A stretch of DNA of 64,000 bases from Octopus sinensis. Taxonomy: Eukaryota. How positions within the stretch are numbered: the stretch's first letter is position 1; every line of letters starts with the position of its first letter. The stretch spans positions 41,292,001 through 41,356,000 of the forward strand of contig NC_043006.1 in the NCBI RefSeq assembly GCF_006345805.1, given 5' to 3'. A program made the position numbers and the translations under genes. The notes beneath the pieces are model-generated. The model was not told the origin of the DNA, made no database searches, and saw only the letters and a program-made list of their open reading frames with translations. Below, one piece after another: positions 26,151-40,133 of this stretch.

Positions 26151-28221
26151 CACACACACACACACACAACACATATATATATATATATATATAATATATA
26201 TATATATATATAGAAAGAGACAGAGATAGAGACAGACAGACAGACAGAGAGGCAGAGAAAATCACAAATATTTAAACATATGTATACATACCCATGCATA
26301 TATATCTATGTACATATATGTTTGTGTAAGTGTGAGCGTGAACACATTTCAAAAGCCCTCGGCAGATGCCGCCTTTACAATAACAAAACTAAAAGCTGCG
26401 AATTATTATAGTTGTGAAGAATCCCATGATTAAAGCCATTAGCGAATCTCCAAAGTAACCAAATATCAAATCCAAACTTTTTACTAATTGTTCCCACCGC
26501 ATCAAGTACCTTTTAAAGCACTGGATGACCATCGGAAACGCTAATTGGATAGCTAAATAGTCAACCAGTGTGTAGCAAGAATCATACAAAGTTGCTATTC
26601 TTCTCTTCAGTTTTAAGTAATAGATAATACTGATTTCACTATTATATTCGTTATAGCAATGCCTATTTAAAATCCTTTAACTTTCTTTGCTCATATCCTT
26701 ATAGCAGAATGGGTCAATACTTAGCTATTTAGCTAGAACAATCGCACTTAAAGAAAGTGTGGTTGTTTTTGGTAAATAGCTAAGTATAATGTTTAATCTT
26801 TTAATTTACATTCCTGATCTCATTCCATGTTTTTATAAAGTTTACCAGCCAGTCCTTCTGCAGAGCTTTCAACATGCTGGGTATCACATTGGCCAATAGG
26901 TGAACAGCAATCTAGGTGACTGTGGAGGTAACAAAGGTTGTCTAGCGGTGGCTGTGGATCACGAGGTTCGAACCCTAGAAGAATCAAAGCTACCAGGGGT
27001 AGTGCTAAATGGGTACATGCTTGAGCTTGGACAATCCAGACTTGACTACCTGAGTGAGGGCGTCTGAAACTGAAATCCTCGAAACACGTAATAACTCGAG
27101 GAAACATCACTGATGATGTGTCTAGGTGCATCACAGGATAATGGAAGAAAAAACAATAAATCGATTGATAAATTATATTTCAGTTTTCTATATACTTGTA
27201 ACTAATTCTTCCCTACCTTAGTCATGTTTTAAAGTCTTTTCCCTATATTATATTTTACGTTTCTAGCTCTAATTATATTTACGAAGGATAGATAACACGC
27301 TTCCAATAATAATAGGTGATGAATTAATATTGGAAATACCCACATAAGTCATGGGTATTTTACAAATACATTGATTTTTGTCCTCTGATATTTTAATCTA
27401 GGCTGAACAGGAAACTTCAACTTACGATGCATTATCACTAACAGTCACTATCATCTTATTTATCTTTCACCCTATTAAATATATCTATATTTGTTTTATA
27501 GGTAGAACAGTTGTAAGTAATGCGAAATAGGAAACTAATACAGATCTTTCTTAATAAATCTCTCAGAATAGGTTTGGACATTTCTCATAAGTATATAAAT
27601 TGCATTACTGCGATTGTTCTTCTTTTTGCATCAGGTACAGTGTTACTAATGTGTGTGTATGTGTGAGTGTGTGTGTGTGTATGTAATGTATTGAAAAATA
27701 TATGTAAGAATATCCAGGACTTACTACTAATGATTGCAAAAGAAAGTCTAATCAGCACGTGTATTTTTTCAGACACAATGACAGCGAAACCTACATTTTG
27801 CTTTCTAATTTTAGAATCCAAGAAACGTTCAACCTTGTACAATCTCGAGCATTTCCGACGATGCATCTCCCTAACCTCCTAGCGGTAGAAGAAGCTACCT
27901 CATAAAATAATTGTTTCACTCCTCCATCGATGACAACTTGGAACACTCTAGTCCACACATAAAAAAAAAATGAACTGGAATAAGGACTGAACTTCCTTGC
28001 CTTACTGAAAAAAATACAGGAAATATTCGAAACACATCTGACAATGGTACGCCGATTATTAATTTAAGTTAATAGTTTTATTATACTTATGCTTCCAACA
28101 GTATTTTGAAAATATATTCTTAGTCGCGTATTCAATTATAGAATTATTTGTGCCAGCTTCAAGCGTAAGTATCAGGAACTCTGTCACTAACCGCAGCACT
28201 GACCTTTATATATATATAATC

Positions 28222-28895
28222 ATAATAATAATAAAGGGTACAATTAATTAATTAATTAATTAATAATCAATAATTTTACCAAGTAGTTCGGTATGTTAAA
28301 AGAACCATTATCGGTAAACTTATACATAAAATTTTATAATTATGAGTATAATTATAATTAGGGTTCAGCAAAAATTTGCTTCACCACATACCGAAATTTA
28401 GAAATAGCAGTTAAAACTAACTATTCAAAGCTATAAGTAAAATATCCCAGATACCAATACTCAACAACCCACACAGGTAAAGAGAAAAAATAACGAATCC
28501 ACCCGGCTTTGATTAACTGTGTACGCGTTTCAGAGTTAAAAATGTAAAATCATATTTCACGCTATCATTCTCCGCTTCAGCACAGTAATTCAAGATTTTA
28601 AATTTGAGAGCACTGTAAAGATTAAGCATACCTTATCTGACCAGACGACATCAGACAACATATATCTAACGACCAGTACTTCCGAATTCAAACAGACGAA
28701 TGAGATCTCGTATTCCTCCTCACTCACCCACGTGTGCAAACGAGTAAAATTCTACAGAAAAAACTGTCGTTTACTATTGATTATATTAATTATAAAATTT
28801 TATGTATAAGTTTACCGATATTGGTTCTTTTAACATACCGAACTAATTGGTAAATTATTAATCCTTAATTAATTAATTTTACCCTTTATTATTAT
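28222..28895. mobile_element. Inverted-repeat element (~110-120-bp arms) enclosing a hammerhead-like motif
   Basis: 28222-28341 is approximately the reverse complement of 28788-28895. Confidence 0.8.
28517..28585 (-). ncRNA. Minimal hammerhead motif with A9C core change
   Basis: CUGUG-CUGAAGC-ggag..cucu-GAAA-CGC-GUA-CACAG; 5-bp helix I, palindromic helix III ACGCGU. Confidence 0.55.
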
Positions 28896-29084
28896 GGATA
28901 ATATAAGGTTGTCCCAAAAGTTCGTAGAAAGTCTTGGAAAATAATGGTCTTTATTTTGAGGAATAATTTTTGTTGTTTTTGTTAGTACTTGGCGAGTAAA
29001 AATTCAATTTTCGCAAGTGTTTACGAACTTTTGGGACAACCTAATATAATTCTCTCCCTAATAGTAAACTACAGCTTTTTCTGT

Positions 29085-29252
29085 AGTATTTTACTCGACC
29101 CCGGTGCTCAACTGGTACTTTATTTTATCCACTCCGAAAGGAAAAGAGGCAAAATTGAGATCGGCGGAACTTGAACTCAAAACGTAAAGCGGGATGAAAT
29201 AACATTATACATTTGGCCCAATACGCAAAATAATCTACCAGCTCGCCGCCTT
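29085..29252 (-). mobile_element. SINE family B
   Basis: Reverse complement of the family B head and core. Confidence 0.7.
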
Positions 29253-29804
29253 ATACGCTCCAACAAATAATGATCAATAAATTCAATTCCAGATTTCAAT
29301 AAGATTCTTCACCCTAGCAAAATGGTACTGTAGCATAATTGTCGTCAATGAAAAGAGCTGGTCTGAATAATTAATTAATTAAAACAAGCAAGGCGAAAAA
29401 ATAAAATAATACATAAACAAACCTACATGCATATGTGTGTGTGTGTGTGTGTGTGAGTGAGTGTGTGCGTATGTATGTAGGTATGTATATATACATACAC
29501 ACAGATACATACACAAGCACACACATATATATATATATATGTACTCGGATTAAAAGAAATATATTTTATAATGCAAAACTATATTGATAGATTCTTATTC
29601 TGTCATATATATTAATCGCATTTTTGTATCGTTTCTTACGTTAACATATAATATATACTAACAGTTTTCACATTAGCATGGAAGGAGTTTTCTCTGGATA
29701 CTTCCGGAAAAAATAACTTAATGTGCTGAGATACAAAATACACACACACACATGCATACACATCCACATACAAGCGTGCACATATGTATATTATATACAT
29801 ACAC

Positions 29805-29906
<102 letters not shown>

Positions 29907-30190
29907 GGAGACGCAATGGCCCAGTGGTTAGGGCAGCGAACTCGCGGTCGGAGGATCTCGGTTTCGATTCCCAGACCGGGCGTTGTGTGTGTTTATTGAG
30001 CGAAAAACACCTAAAGCTCCACGTAGGTGGCGACCCCTATGATACTTTTTCGCCCCAACTTTCTTCCTGTTTCTTGAGTAACGCTGCGAAGGACTGGCGT
30101 CCCATCCAGCTTGGAGGAACACATGCGCCATAGAAACCGGGAAACCGGGCCCATGAGCCTGGCTAGGCTTAAAAAGGGCGCATAAATGAA
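29907..30190 (+). mobile_element. SINE family C, near full length
   Basis: tRNA-like A/B boxes plus body ending gggcgcataaatgaa. Confidence 0.9.
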
Positions 30191-30671
30191 TAATATATAT
30201 ATATGTATGTATGTATACATATATAGTTGGGATTTACAAAAAAACAAACAAAACAAAAGACGAAGACGGTTGTGTAAACAACAAACAGATGTATTAGTTT
30301 AACACTCGGGAAGTGGGAAAGTCTTTCATATTTCGAACCTACGCTCTTCACAGAAATAAATAGAAAGAAAATAAAATGTATATACACAACACACACACAC
30401 ATATATATATATAATAGCAATTTAATAAATAAAACATATGCATACATACATATATGTACATACCTACATCTATATGTATATATACATGCATATATGGGTA
30501 CAAGACACCACAAATAAACGTAGAACACAACGAGAAACGAAAACATAAAAACAAAACAAGGAAACGGACATTTTTTAACAACGAAAAAAAAAAGAGTACA
30601 AGACATACAAGACATACAACACAAGGAATATTTCCCTTCTTCAGCTCCCCTGTTTCGACTCATTGCGTAAT

Positions 30672-30812
30672 GGGGTAGGCTGGTTTATGGGATTACCCTG
30701 GGTTTTTCGGTTATATGGGGTATTTAAAAGCGGTCTCAGGCCAATGTTTGGGATTAGGCTAAATCCCTTATCAGCGAGAAACCCAGGGTAACTCCATAAA
30801 CCCGCCTACCCT
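30672..30812. mobile_element. Small MITE with ~36-bp imperfect TIRs
   Basis: ggggtaggctggtttatgggattaccctgggttttt vs reverse complement agggtaggcgggtttatggagttaccctgggtttct. Confidence 0.7.
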
Positions 30813-31624
30813 ACTATAATATTAACTGATCTACATGTTAGAGTGTGCTTCTCCGGATTTATGTATTTCTCTAAACGATCGATATGTGTGTGTGCGTGTG
30901 TTGTGTGTGTGTGTGTATGCGTGGGTCGTTGTATTAAATATCCTAATTCATTTAAAAGCATATATCGAGTAATTCGCTTATATGCGTTGCATGAGATCAA
31001 TCGGAATATGTTTCGTTCAGCACAAGAATACTTAAATCCTATGCTAAATACTCGTGTGTCGATCACTTTACTACACCGTTAAGCACCCTTGTAGCATTTA
31101 AATTTTGACACAGATTTTTTTTCTAGTCCAAAATTATTTTCGCTCATTTCGTCTTATTCGTGTCTCTAACCTTATTTTTTTTTAAACACTGGCCAATCAA
31201 AACCGTATCGTGCTTTAAAGATAAAATCAAATGATGCCTTCTGTTGCTTTTGCTGAATCTGTTTGACGAATTATATTGCGAATTTCGTTCGGTGAAACAG
31301 AAGTTGGTCAAGCGCTAAATAGATATTTTCTAGTTTGCCACTGTTTAGTATTTATAGCTTAATACAATGCGGTAGCACTAAAAATCCTAACTTCTATACA
31401 CACACACACACATATATTTACATCTAATATAGGATGAAATTTTCAAAAACTTTCATCAGTGGCCAGCATATTAAAAACAAAAAAACTTTTAAGGGGAAAA
31501 TTATAAACAACTTATAGTGTTGAATTGATTATATGTGGTTATTGACGATTTAAAGTCTATTCCCGACATATTGGGCATAGAATTTTTTTCTTTTGCCCTT
31601 ATTTATAAGTTGTATATATATATA

Positions 31625-31674
<50 letters not shown>

Positions 31675-31776
31675 GTATGTATATGTATGTATGTATGTAT
31701 GTATGTACATTACTAAATTAGAGTGAGTTTCTTTTACGGATATATGAAATACTTACGATATATATATATATATATA

Positions 31777-32267
31777 AGAATTTTTTGCGTAATGAGATAA
31801 AAAAAGCCAAGGCTGTGTAGATATTAGAATATTTATAGATAGAAGGTCTTACACCTGTTTCCAGGAGACGGTGTGAGAGGATGGCTAGATACCGTTGGAT
31901 CTTACTCATAAGGTATTGGAATCTTACATTGTGTATAAACTCTATACTTGGAATGAAAAATTTTAAATACTGTTGGATTTTTCTCATAAGGTATTGGAAT
32001 CTTATATATATATATACCATTTTGCCTAGAAAATGGATCTACAAATTCAATATCCCTACATATCTCACATCTATTTTCTTTCCTCCACCTCACTCTCTAT
32101 TTTGTATCCTATCTAAATTTATTATTACTTAACCATCCTCTCACACCGTCTCCGATGAAGGGATATAATTAATAAATATCCTGGAAACAGCTGTAAGATC
32201 TTCTATCTATAAATGTTCTAATATCTACACAGCCTTGGTTTTTTTATCTCATTACGCAAAAAATTCT
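31777..32267. mobile_element. Inverted-repeat element (~110-135-bp arms) in (TA)n with a hammerhead motif in the right arm
   Basis: 31777-31884 mirrors 32133-32267, except that the left arm lacks gatgaagggatataattaataaatatc. Confidence 0.85.
32148..32199 (+). ncRNA. Minimal hammerhead motif, variant core
   Basis: GUCU-CCGAUGA-A-gggauau..auauccu-G-GAAA-CAGCU-GUA-AGAU; helix III ACAGCUGU is a perfect palindrome. Confidence 0.6.
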
Positions 32268-32436
32268 CATATATATACGTTGACATATGACCAATGTTGA
32301 ACCCCTTATTCGCAAAATCACCGCACCTGGAACTTAACTATGGTCTGTCTATAGCACTTATTCAGCATTACCTGGCACCTTTGGGTCTCAATGACACCAT
32401 TACCTCTTATAACCTCAATATATATATATATATTTA

Positions 32437-32902
32437 CAGAAATCCCTCGGCTATCACGGGTGTTACGTTCTACCCCACCCCCCGTTATAGGTGAAAATCT
32501 GCGAAGTAGAAACAGTTCTGTACTGTAAATTTTTAACATTATTTCTATAATTTGTACATATTTATTTTATTACAAATGCAAAACGCTACCACACACACGC
32601 CGCCCGAGTTTCGTTTTGCATACTGTATGTGTGATTCTTTGTACACTACGTATTTTCTATTAAAATATTTTAATTAACTGGTAAAACAGTGCAGAAATAT
32701 ACTGTATTTTTATTAATTAATTTATTATTTTTTAGGCGTGAACATGCTTTATATTACCACAGAAATAATTAGAATCTAGGAAAAATATAAATACCTACGG
32801 GCAGCTGAAACCCGCGAAATAAATTTGCATATATTAGCCAGAAAAGCCTGCGATGTACTGAAGGCGCGATAGGTGAACTGCGATATGGCGAGTGATTACT
32901 CT
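32437..32902. mobile_element. Tigger/pogo-like MITE
   Basis: TA-CAGAAATCCCTCGGCTATCACGG left end, degenerate gcgatatggcgagtgattact right end; homologous to 41097-41315. Confidence 0.6.
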
Positions 32903-33090
32903 GTGTGTGTGTGTGTGTGTAATTATATATAAGGGCAAAAGAAAATTGTATGTGGTTACATGATTAAAGGTCTATTTCTTCAGCATATTGGCATAGGAAA
33001 TCTTTTTTTCTTTTGCTCTTATTTATAATTGTTTATATTTCCACCTTGAAAGGTGTTTTAATATGCTGGCCACTGATCATTATATTAGAA

Positions 33091-33193
33091 GGAGGTGCAA
33101 TGGCCCAGTGGTTGGGGCAGCGGACTCGCGGTTGTTGGATCGCGGTTTCGATTCCCAGACCGGGCGTTGTGAGTGTTTATTGAGCGAAAACAC
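33091..33193 (+). mobile_element. SINE family C head
   Basis: Matches the 29907 copy. Confidence 0.8.
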
Positions 33194-33364
33194 GCACGCA
33201 CGCGCACACGCACGCGCACACGCACGCGCACACGCACGCGCACACACATGTGCACACATCTACATGCGGTGAGCTTCCATACAGTTTCCGTGTGCCAAAT
33301 TCATTCACAAGCTATTGGTCGTCCAGGAGCTTTATATAGTACAATTTTTGTTTTATTTTTTTAA

Positions 33365-33661
33365 TTTATGCACCCTTTTCAAGCATAGCCAGTCTCTGGG
33401 CCCGGTTTCCCGGTTTCTGTGGCGTATGTGTTCCCCCCAGCTGGACGGGACGCCAGTCCATCGCAGCGTTACTCAAGGAACAGAAAAAGAGAGTGAGAGA
33501 AAGTTGGGGCGAAAGAATACAACAGGGGTCGCTACCAACCCCTGCCGGAGCCTCGTGGAACTTTAGGTGTTTTCTCTCAATAAACACACACAACATCCGC
33601 TCTGGGAATCGAAACCGCGATCATCCGACCGCGAGTCCGCTGCCCTAACCACTGGGCCATT
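33365..33661 (-). mobile_element. SINE family C, near full length
   Basis: Reverse complement of the 29907 copy. Confidence 0.9.
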
Positions 33662-34621
33662 ATAGTGCAATACACTTGCCAAATATGCCGTTCAGTGAGG
33701 CTAAACCCAAACCCATGTGATAGCCAAGCGAGACTCTTAACTCCCACAGCAATAACTCTACCTGTGCAAAATTAACATTCGCGTAACGCACAACTAGACT
33801 ACATTTTCGAACCGGATTTCTTATGCGTAGGTATAGACTTACTGTATTTGAAGCGGTTATCTGAGCGATGTAGACTTGTAACATAGCGAATAGTTTTGTA
33901 GAATTGTTGCAGACAGTCTGTGGGCCTGTGCCGTCTCTCACGTTAGAAGTCTGAGAAAATCAAACGGTACTTATGCCTGTTTGGAAGATATTGTGTTGGG
34001 ATTTGTGTGAAAGAACATCGATGGATATTGATGAGATTTTAAAGTAATTTATTGGAGACAGATCTGATTTTGATTACGTGACAGTGTTGGTAGCAGAACA
34101 GTTGGATTGGAATATGGGACGCATGTATTTCCACGGCTACAATACTGTAAGAAGTTCTTTTATAATTTGTGGTCATGTTGATCATGCATTATATTTTTGG
34201 AAGAGTGAAATGAGGTGAGTGTGTGAGTAAGAGGAAGAAAAATTGTAATATAGCCTGTGTGGTGCTGTTGGATGTCTTGTGTCTGGGACAGTCTAATTTC
34301 CGCTGCTACTTTGACACAAAATCCGTAACAGGATCTGGAGTGGATTTTAGAGTATGGCAGTGTTGAAAAGGTCATTGAGTTTGAGATTGCTTGGTAGTTG
34401 CTGGAAACGGGACTGACAAATGCTTTAGTCGTTGAAGTGAGACTGGTATGATTTTGTGTGGTAATGCTGGTGGAAGTATTCTAACAGTTGCAATGAATCC
34501 GAAATAGAAAGGCGGTTGTGATGAAAGTTTTGCGCCAGAGGTAGAGAGAGGACTCTGGCTGTTGCAGCTTACCAATGGTGAATGGAAGACAGACGGACGT
34601 TGGTTCAAACTGAACGAGTTA

Positions 34622-34811
34622 CAGTATTTGATGGAATAAAAGACGCACGGAAATGTGAGCCGCAGCCCAATTTCAGCCGCACATTTTCAAAAGAGAAGTT
34701 TTTAGTATATTGCGTGGACGGAACATCTCATAGAGGATCATGTGCAACATTTTGAGATACTTTTGATAGAAATAAATTCAAAAAGCGCGTCTTATATTCT
34801 ATGAAATATAG
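34622..34811. mobile_element. pogo-like MITE with ~22-bp TIRs
   Basis: tatttgatggaataaaagacgc vs reverse complement tatttcatagaatataagacgc. Confidence 0.55.
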
Positions 34812-35749
34812 TTTCTAAATGAAAGATATTTTGTGACAGAAATATGCGTTGTGTAAGTAGTATTGCCTGATCTTTATCAGACCGTGCATAACAGCAGGGA
34901 TCGATGATGGTCGCAGATGTTTATTTGGAGACATGTTCGTGATGGGTGCTGTGTATTGTGTACTAGTCATAGAGACAGGAGTATGACATATGTTGTGCTG
35001 GTACTGGCAACAGCAATGTAACAGATAGTGGTTGCTAGTGGTGAAAATAGATTTTGACGGATACTGTTTTCCAGGGGTAGAAATGGGAATGTAGCAGTGT
35101 GTGCCAGAGATCGAAACAGGAATGTGATACACGGTGTGAAGATATGGCGGAACTGAATATTATGTTGCATACCTTTAAACAAAAGAGAACCGGTCTCTTT
35201 GTATTGAGAGTAACCACATATTGATGGAGTATGTAAAACATCAGTGAAGGAGAAGGTTGGAATATGAAGAACGTTGTGTCAGAAGTGGGGCCTGAAGTGT
35301 CACCGATGTTATGTAATTGTGTTAGTAACAGGACCGTCATGGACAGTGTGTGACAGTGGTCGTGGCCGGTGTGTCAAAGATTCTATGTTGTACGTGTTGT
35401 GGTAAATGTTTGACAAATATTATGTGGGAGAGATAGTGAGACAATTTTAGAGAGAAGAATATGATGGATATGGTGCGACTATGCCAAGGACAGTTGTAGG
35501 ACGGAGGTTGTGTGACAGTAGTAGTGGTGGAAGCGGTTTAAAGGTCTTCGGCTGACGGTAGTGGAAGCTTGAGTGGTATGGTCGTTGTGTGACATTGCTA
35601 ACACACAGAACTGATACGGATGTTGTGTCATAGTAGCAGCGGAAATTAGACTGTGCCGGACATTATGTGACAGTAAAAGTGGGTACAGAGAAACAAAAAA
35701 TCCAGACACCAGCACAATCACACACACACACACAGACACACACACACAC

Positions 35750-35783
<34 letters not shown>

Positions 35784-36659
35784 TACATGCACCCGCATTC
35801 ACACATATATCCCCGTGCATGTGTCTATGTACGGCTGTGCATTTGCATTAAATGCATACACAGAACGCACATACATAGATGCATAATACACACACACACA
35901 CACACATATATATACACATACATATACAAATAAAATTAAAATATAGATACATTTGTATACAGACATATATTCATGTATTGATATATACATGTGTGTGTGT
36001 ATATATAAATATATATATATATGTGTGTGTGTGTATTTGTGCGGGTATCTGTGTATATGCGAGCATGTTTGTATTAAATGCATATACATAACGCATGTAC
36101 GTACATACATATACACATACGTGCATACACACACATATGCACACAGACAGGCATAACTATGTCCGGATGTACATACGTATACATACATGTATGTATAAAT
36201 AGGAAAATTTGACACACTATCTTACACATACATACTCTTCATTTTAATACACACACATATGTATATATATATATGCACACATGCAGCACACACACACCCA
36301 CAGAGATACATTGATTTCTCTATTGAGGTCTAGCTTCGAAGTGTGTATGTGTGTGCGAGAAGACCCGGCTGTCTTTGTGTTTATCGTATATTTGCAAACA
36401 TGTGGATAAGACTGTATACAAACACGTATCCATGCACACATGTATAATTGCAAATGATCTCATATCCGTGACTACATGTTATGTATGGGAGAATGTGCAT
36501 GCAAATATGTTAAATATGATAAATATCAATGCGTGTATGGATCGAAGAAGATTATGTAGTATTAGTGTGTGTTTATGTATGGAAGTTAGAGTGTGGAAAT
36601 ATGTGTGCGTCCACACGCCTGCATATCTGTGCATGGGTGTAGGTCCACACACAAACAAA

Positions 36660-36707
<48 letters not shown>

Positions 36708-37072
36708 TATGTCTCTACATATATATGTCTGTTTATCGCCTCGCCTTTATTTACTTTCCATAACTTTCATAAACCTCGGCAAATATATAGATGTATACAC
36801 ATTCATATGCTTGCGTATATATACATACATTTATATATATATGCATGTATGTATGCATATATATATATATATATATTATATATATAATATATACATATAT
36901 AATATGTAAGTTATATATATATGTAGTGTATATATATATATGTAAGTATATATATATGTATGTATATATGATGTATGTATATATATATATGTATGTATAT
37001 ATAGTATGTATATATATATATGATATAATATGTATATATATATATAATATATATATATATATTATATATATG

Positions 37073-37104
<32 letters not shown>

Positions 37105-37347
37105 ATATGTCTATATATTTGTCTAATCTATCTAGCTAATATATATATATATATATATGTATAATATATATGAATATATACGCACACACGTGCGTGTGTG
37201 TGTGTGTTTGTTGTATAATGCGTGTGCATGTATGAGCGCGTTAACATGTGCGTAAATGTTTAAGTGTGCGCTTACTTGCATGTGTTCATCTCTGTGTGTG
37301 TATGTGTGTGCGTGTCCTGTAACTCATAATGTACATGCATTTAAGTG

Positions 37348-37392
<45 letters not shown>

Positions 37393-38441
37393 GCGCGTGC
37401 GTGTGTGTGTATATGTGCGCCAGTGTGTGTATGTGTGTGCGTTTGTGATTGCTGTACAGGTTCACGCTTAGGAAATAAGATATTCGCAACATCGGTAACT
37501 GCGCTAACACCGACATTTGTTGCAACGTCTCATAGAGTTGCTAACGAAAACGACCGCAAGCAAAAGCCAGCAACCGTTGTGTAGTGTAGTTTTAGCGGAA
37601 CAACTTGCTTCCCTTTACCCGCCGATGTCGTTGTTTGGCAACGTATATTAAAAACACTGCTGTCTCTGCAGAAGCTGCCAAAATAAAAAAAATAAATAGA
37701 CAAATCAAAAAAAAAAAACAAAAAAAAAGAAAGCGAAAAAATCAAAACTTCCTTCCCGGACTTCAGTAGCACTTCGATTTTTCACGGAGAATTTCTACCA
37801 ACCTTGCGGGACCAGCCACGAAAGTATGCTGAATCGACGACTGCCACTTTTTATCAATGATATACCGTTGTTCCAATTATAAAAACTCCCACAGCTGTCA
37901 CCCTAACAGCTTTGTGCTTTGTTATTGCTAATTCAGGCACACACTTTATCACACTTTAGCAAAAGGAGTTTATTACAAGTAAACGAGGAACCAACCCACT
38001 TTCAATTTTTTGAATCCATATATATATATATATATGATGTATATGTGTTTATGTATGAATGTAATGTATATATGAGTGCTTTCATTTACTTAGTATAACT
38101 TCTTTCAATCAACATTTATTTTACTGTTCTTGTCTAATGTTGCATTGTATTATAAGCTAACCATCCCGTGTTGATTCTCCTACTTTCCAAACGATATCAT
38201 TTCATTTATCTACATAGCATATAACTTCATTTATTTAATTTCTTTAAAAAAAATTGCCTCCAGTATGAGGGAAAAAAAACATAAAATAAACAACCAATAA
38301 GTAAGTAAATAAATAAATAAATACAACCCCCACAAAAATATTTGTAGCGAAAGTAAATTAAACGCGAAGAAGAGAATAAAATATATACCTTTTTTTCTTC
38401 ATTTATTCAATCAACATCGTAATAATAATAATAATAATAAC

Positions 38442-38482
<41 letters not shown>

Positions 38483-38982
38483 TAAAATATATATTAATAT
38501 TAATTGGAGTAATTGTAATCGTGTAAAGGCTGTTTTACTATTATTGTGGTTGCTATTTCTTCCTATGCAAAAAGAAAACGAAAAACTTTTTTGTCGTTAT
38601 ATAGTGTTTTAGGTACCAACAAAATCTATAAGAATACATCTGACAACTGTACGCTTTATCAAGCAACTGGACGCAATTTAAACTTTGCAACATCAGTCTG
38701 TAGTAGCAACTGCACCATAACACATACCAATAACTAACAGAACAACAACGGTGACACACGCGGTGCAAACATCGCAACAACAACAATAGCAACATCAGCA
38801 ACAACAACGATAGCAGCGTCAATAACGGCCACAACCAAAACATTAAATGTTGCCAGTAAGGTGGAAACATTATTTATAAATAAAATTTAATTCTTCGGAA
38901 AAATTTGAAAAGAATTTTAAACAGAATACCATCGAAGAAAAAAATTGTATACATATATAATATATAGTATATAATATATATA

Positions 38983-39020
<38 letters not shown>

Positions 39021-39388
39021 CATATGTGTATATATCTACAACAAAACAGAAAGATATATTAGAAAAAATTAAACTGGAATCGATAAATGAAATGAAGCAT
39101 TTCGTGGGTGAGATTAAAATTATATCGGTTTATCCACATCGAAAACGGTTAGCCACTAGCACCAACAAGGTAAGTGGTTTCAAACATAGCTATTTTTTTT
39201 TATTTTTATCTGTAAAAAAACTGTGATATAGACTAAAAAGTCTACTGATTTACCTTTATAGAATTTCATACCGTGAAATTAAGTGAGGATCGAGTAAATT
39301 AAATATACACATGTATCTGTATATGTATATCAATATATCTACGTCTCTCTCTCTACTTCTCTCTTTCCTTCTTCCTTTTTCTTTCTTT

Positions 39389-39488
39389 NNNNNNNNNNNN
39401 NNNNNNNNNNNNNNNNNNNNNNNNNNNNNNNNNNNNNNNNNNNNNNNNNNNNNNNNNNNNNNNNNNNNNNNNNNNNNNNNNNNNNNNN
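39389..39488. other. Assembly gap (100 N)
   Basis: Direct reading. Confidence 1.
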
Positions 39489-39610
39489 AGGCTTTGGTCG
39501 GCCAGAGGCTATAGTAGAAAATACTTGCTCGATGTGTTACGCAGTTAGACTGAACCCTGGACCAGTGGTTGGGAAGCAAGCTTCTCATCATGCAGCCACA
39601 CCTGCACCTA
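39489..39610 (-). mobile_element. SINE family A 5' part, cut by the gap
   Basis: ggctttggtcggccagaggctatagtagaa...cagccacacctgcaccta. Confidence 0.75.
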
Positions 39611-39739
39611 TAGATTGTTCTCTTTTTCACTTTTTACCGTAGCAACGAGTTGACTCACTCCGTTTGAATTTTGAATTCAGTTACGCATACGAAACTGCGT
39701 GACATCTGTGTGTTTTTATTTAATAGATTGTATTTGGAA

Positions 39740-40070
39740 TTCAAAAGTCCAACAGTATGACAAAATAATTTGGTCTGATAACTAAATTAAAGGTACACAA
39801 ATCGAGTAGATACTGAGGAGTGGAGATGGCAAGCGAAACGGCCCGCCCTGGGTGACGCATTTTTTTTTTTGGGTGGGGGCAATTTTTGGATGATGTATAA
39901 ACCTGTATAGGGGCGGGGAAGTGCAGTAAACTGAAGGGTTGCACCAAGCGGTACACATTCTAACTGCACCACTGCACATGTTGGGGAAACCCCCTTGTCT
40001 TTTGCTCGTTGATTTCATGTTCATTAAACTGAATAGTCATTACCGTATCTCATGGAGAACCCATTACCAA
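39740..40070 (-). mobile_element. Possible mariner transposase relic
   Basis: LQFTALPRPYTG resembles the LPHPPYSPDL region; heavily decayed. Confidence 0.3.
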
Positions 40071-40084
40071 TAAGATTATTATTA

Positions 40085-40133
<49 letters not shown>

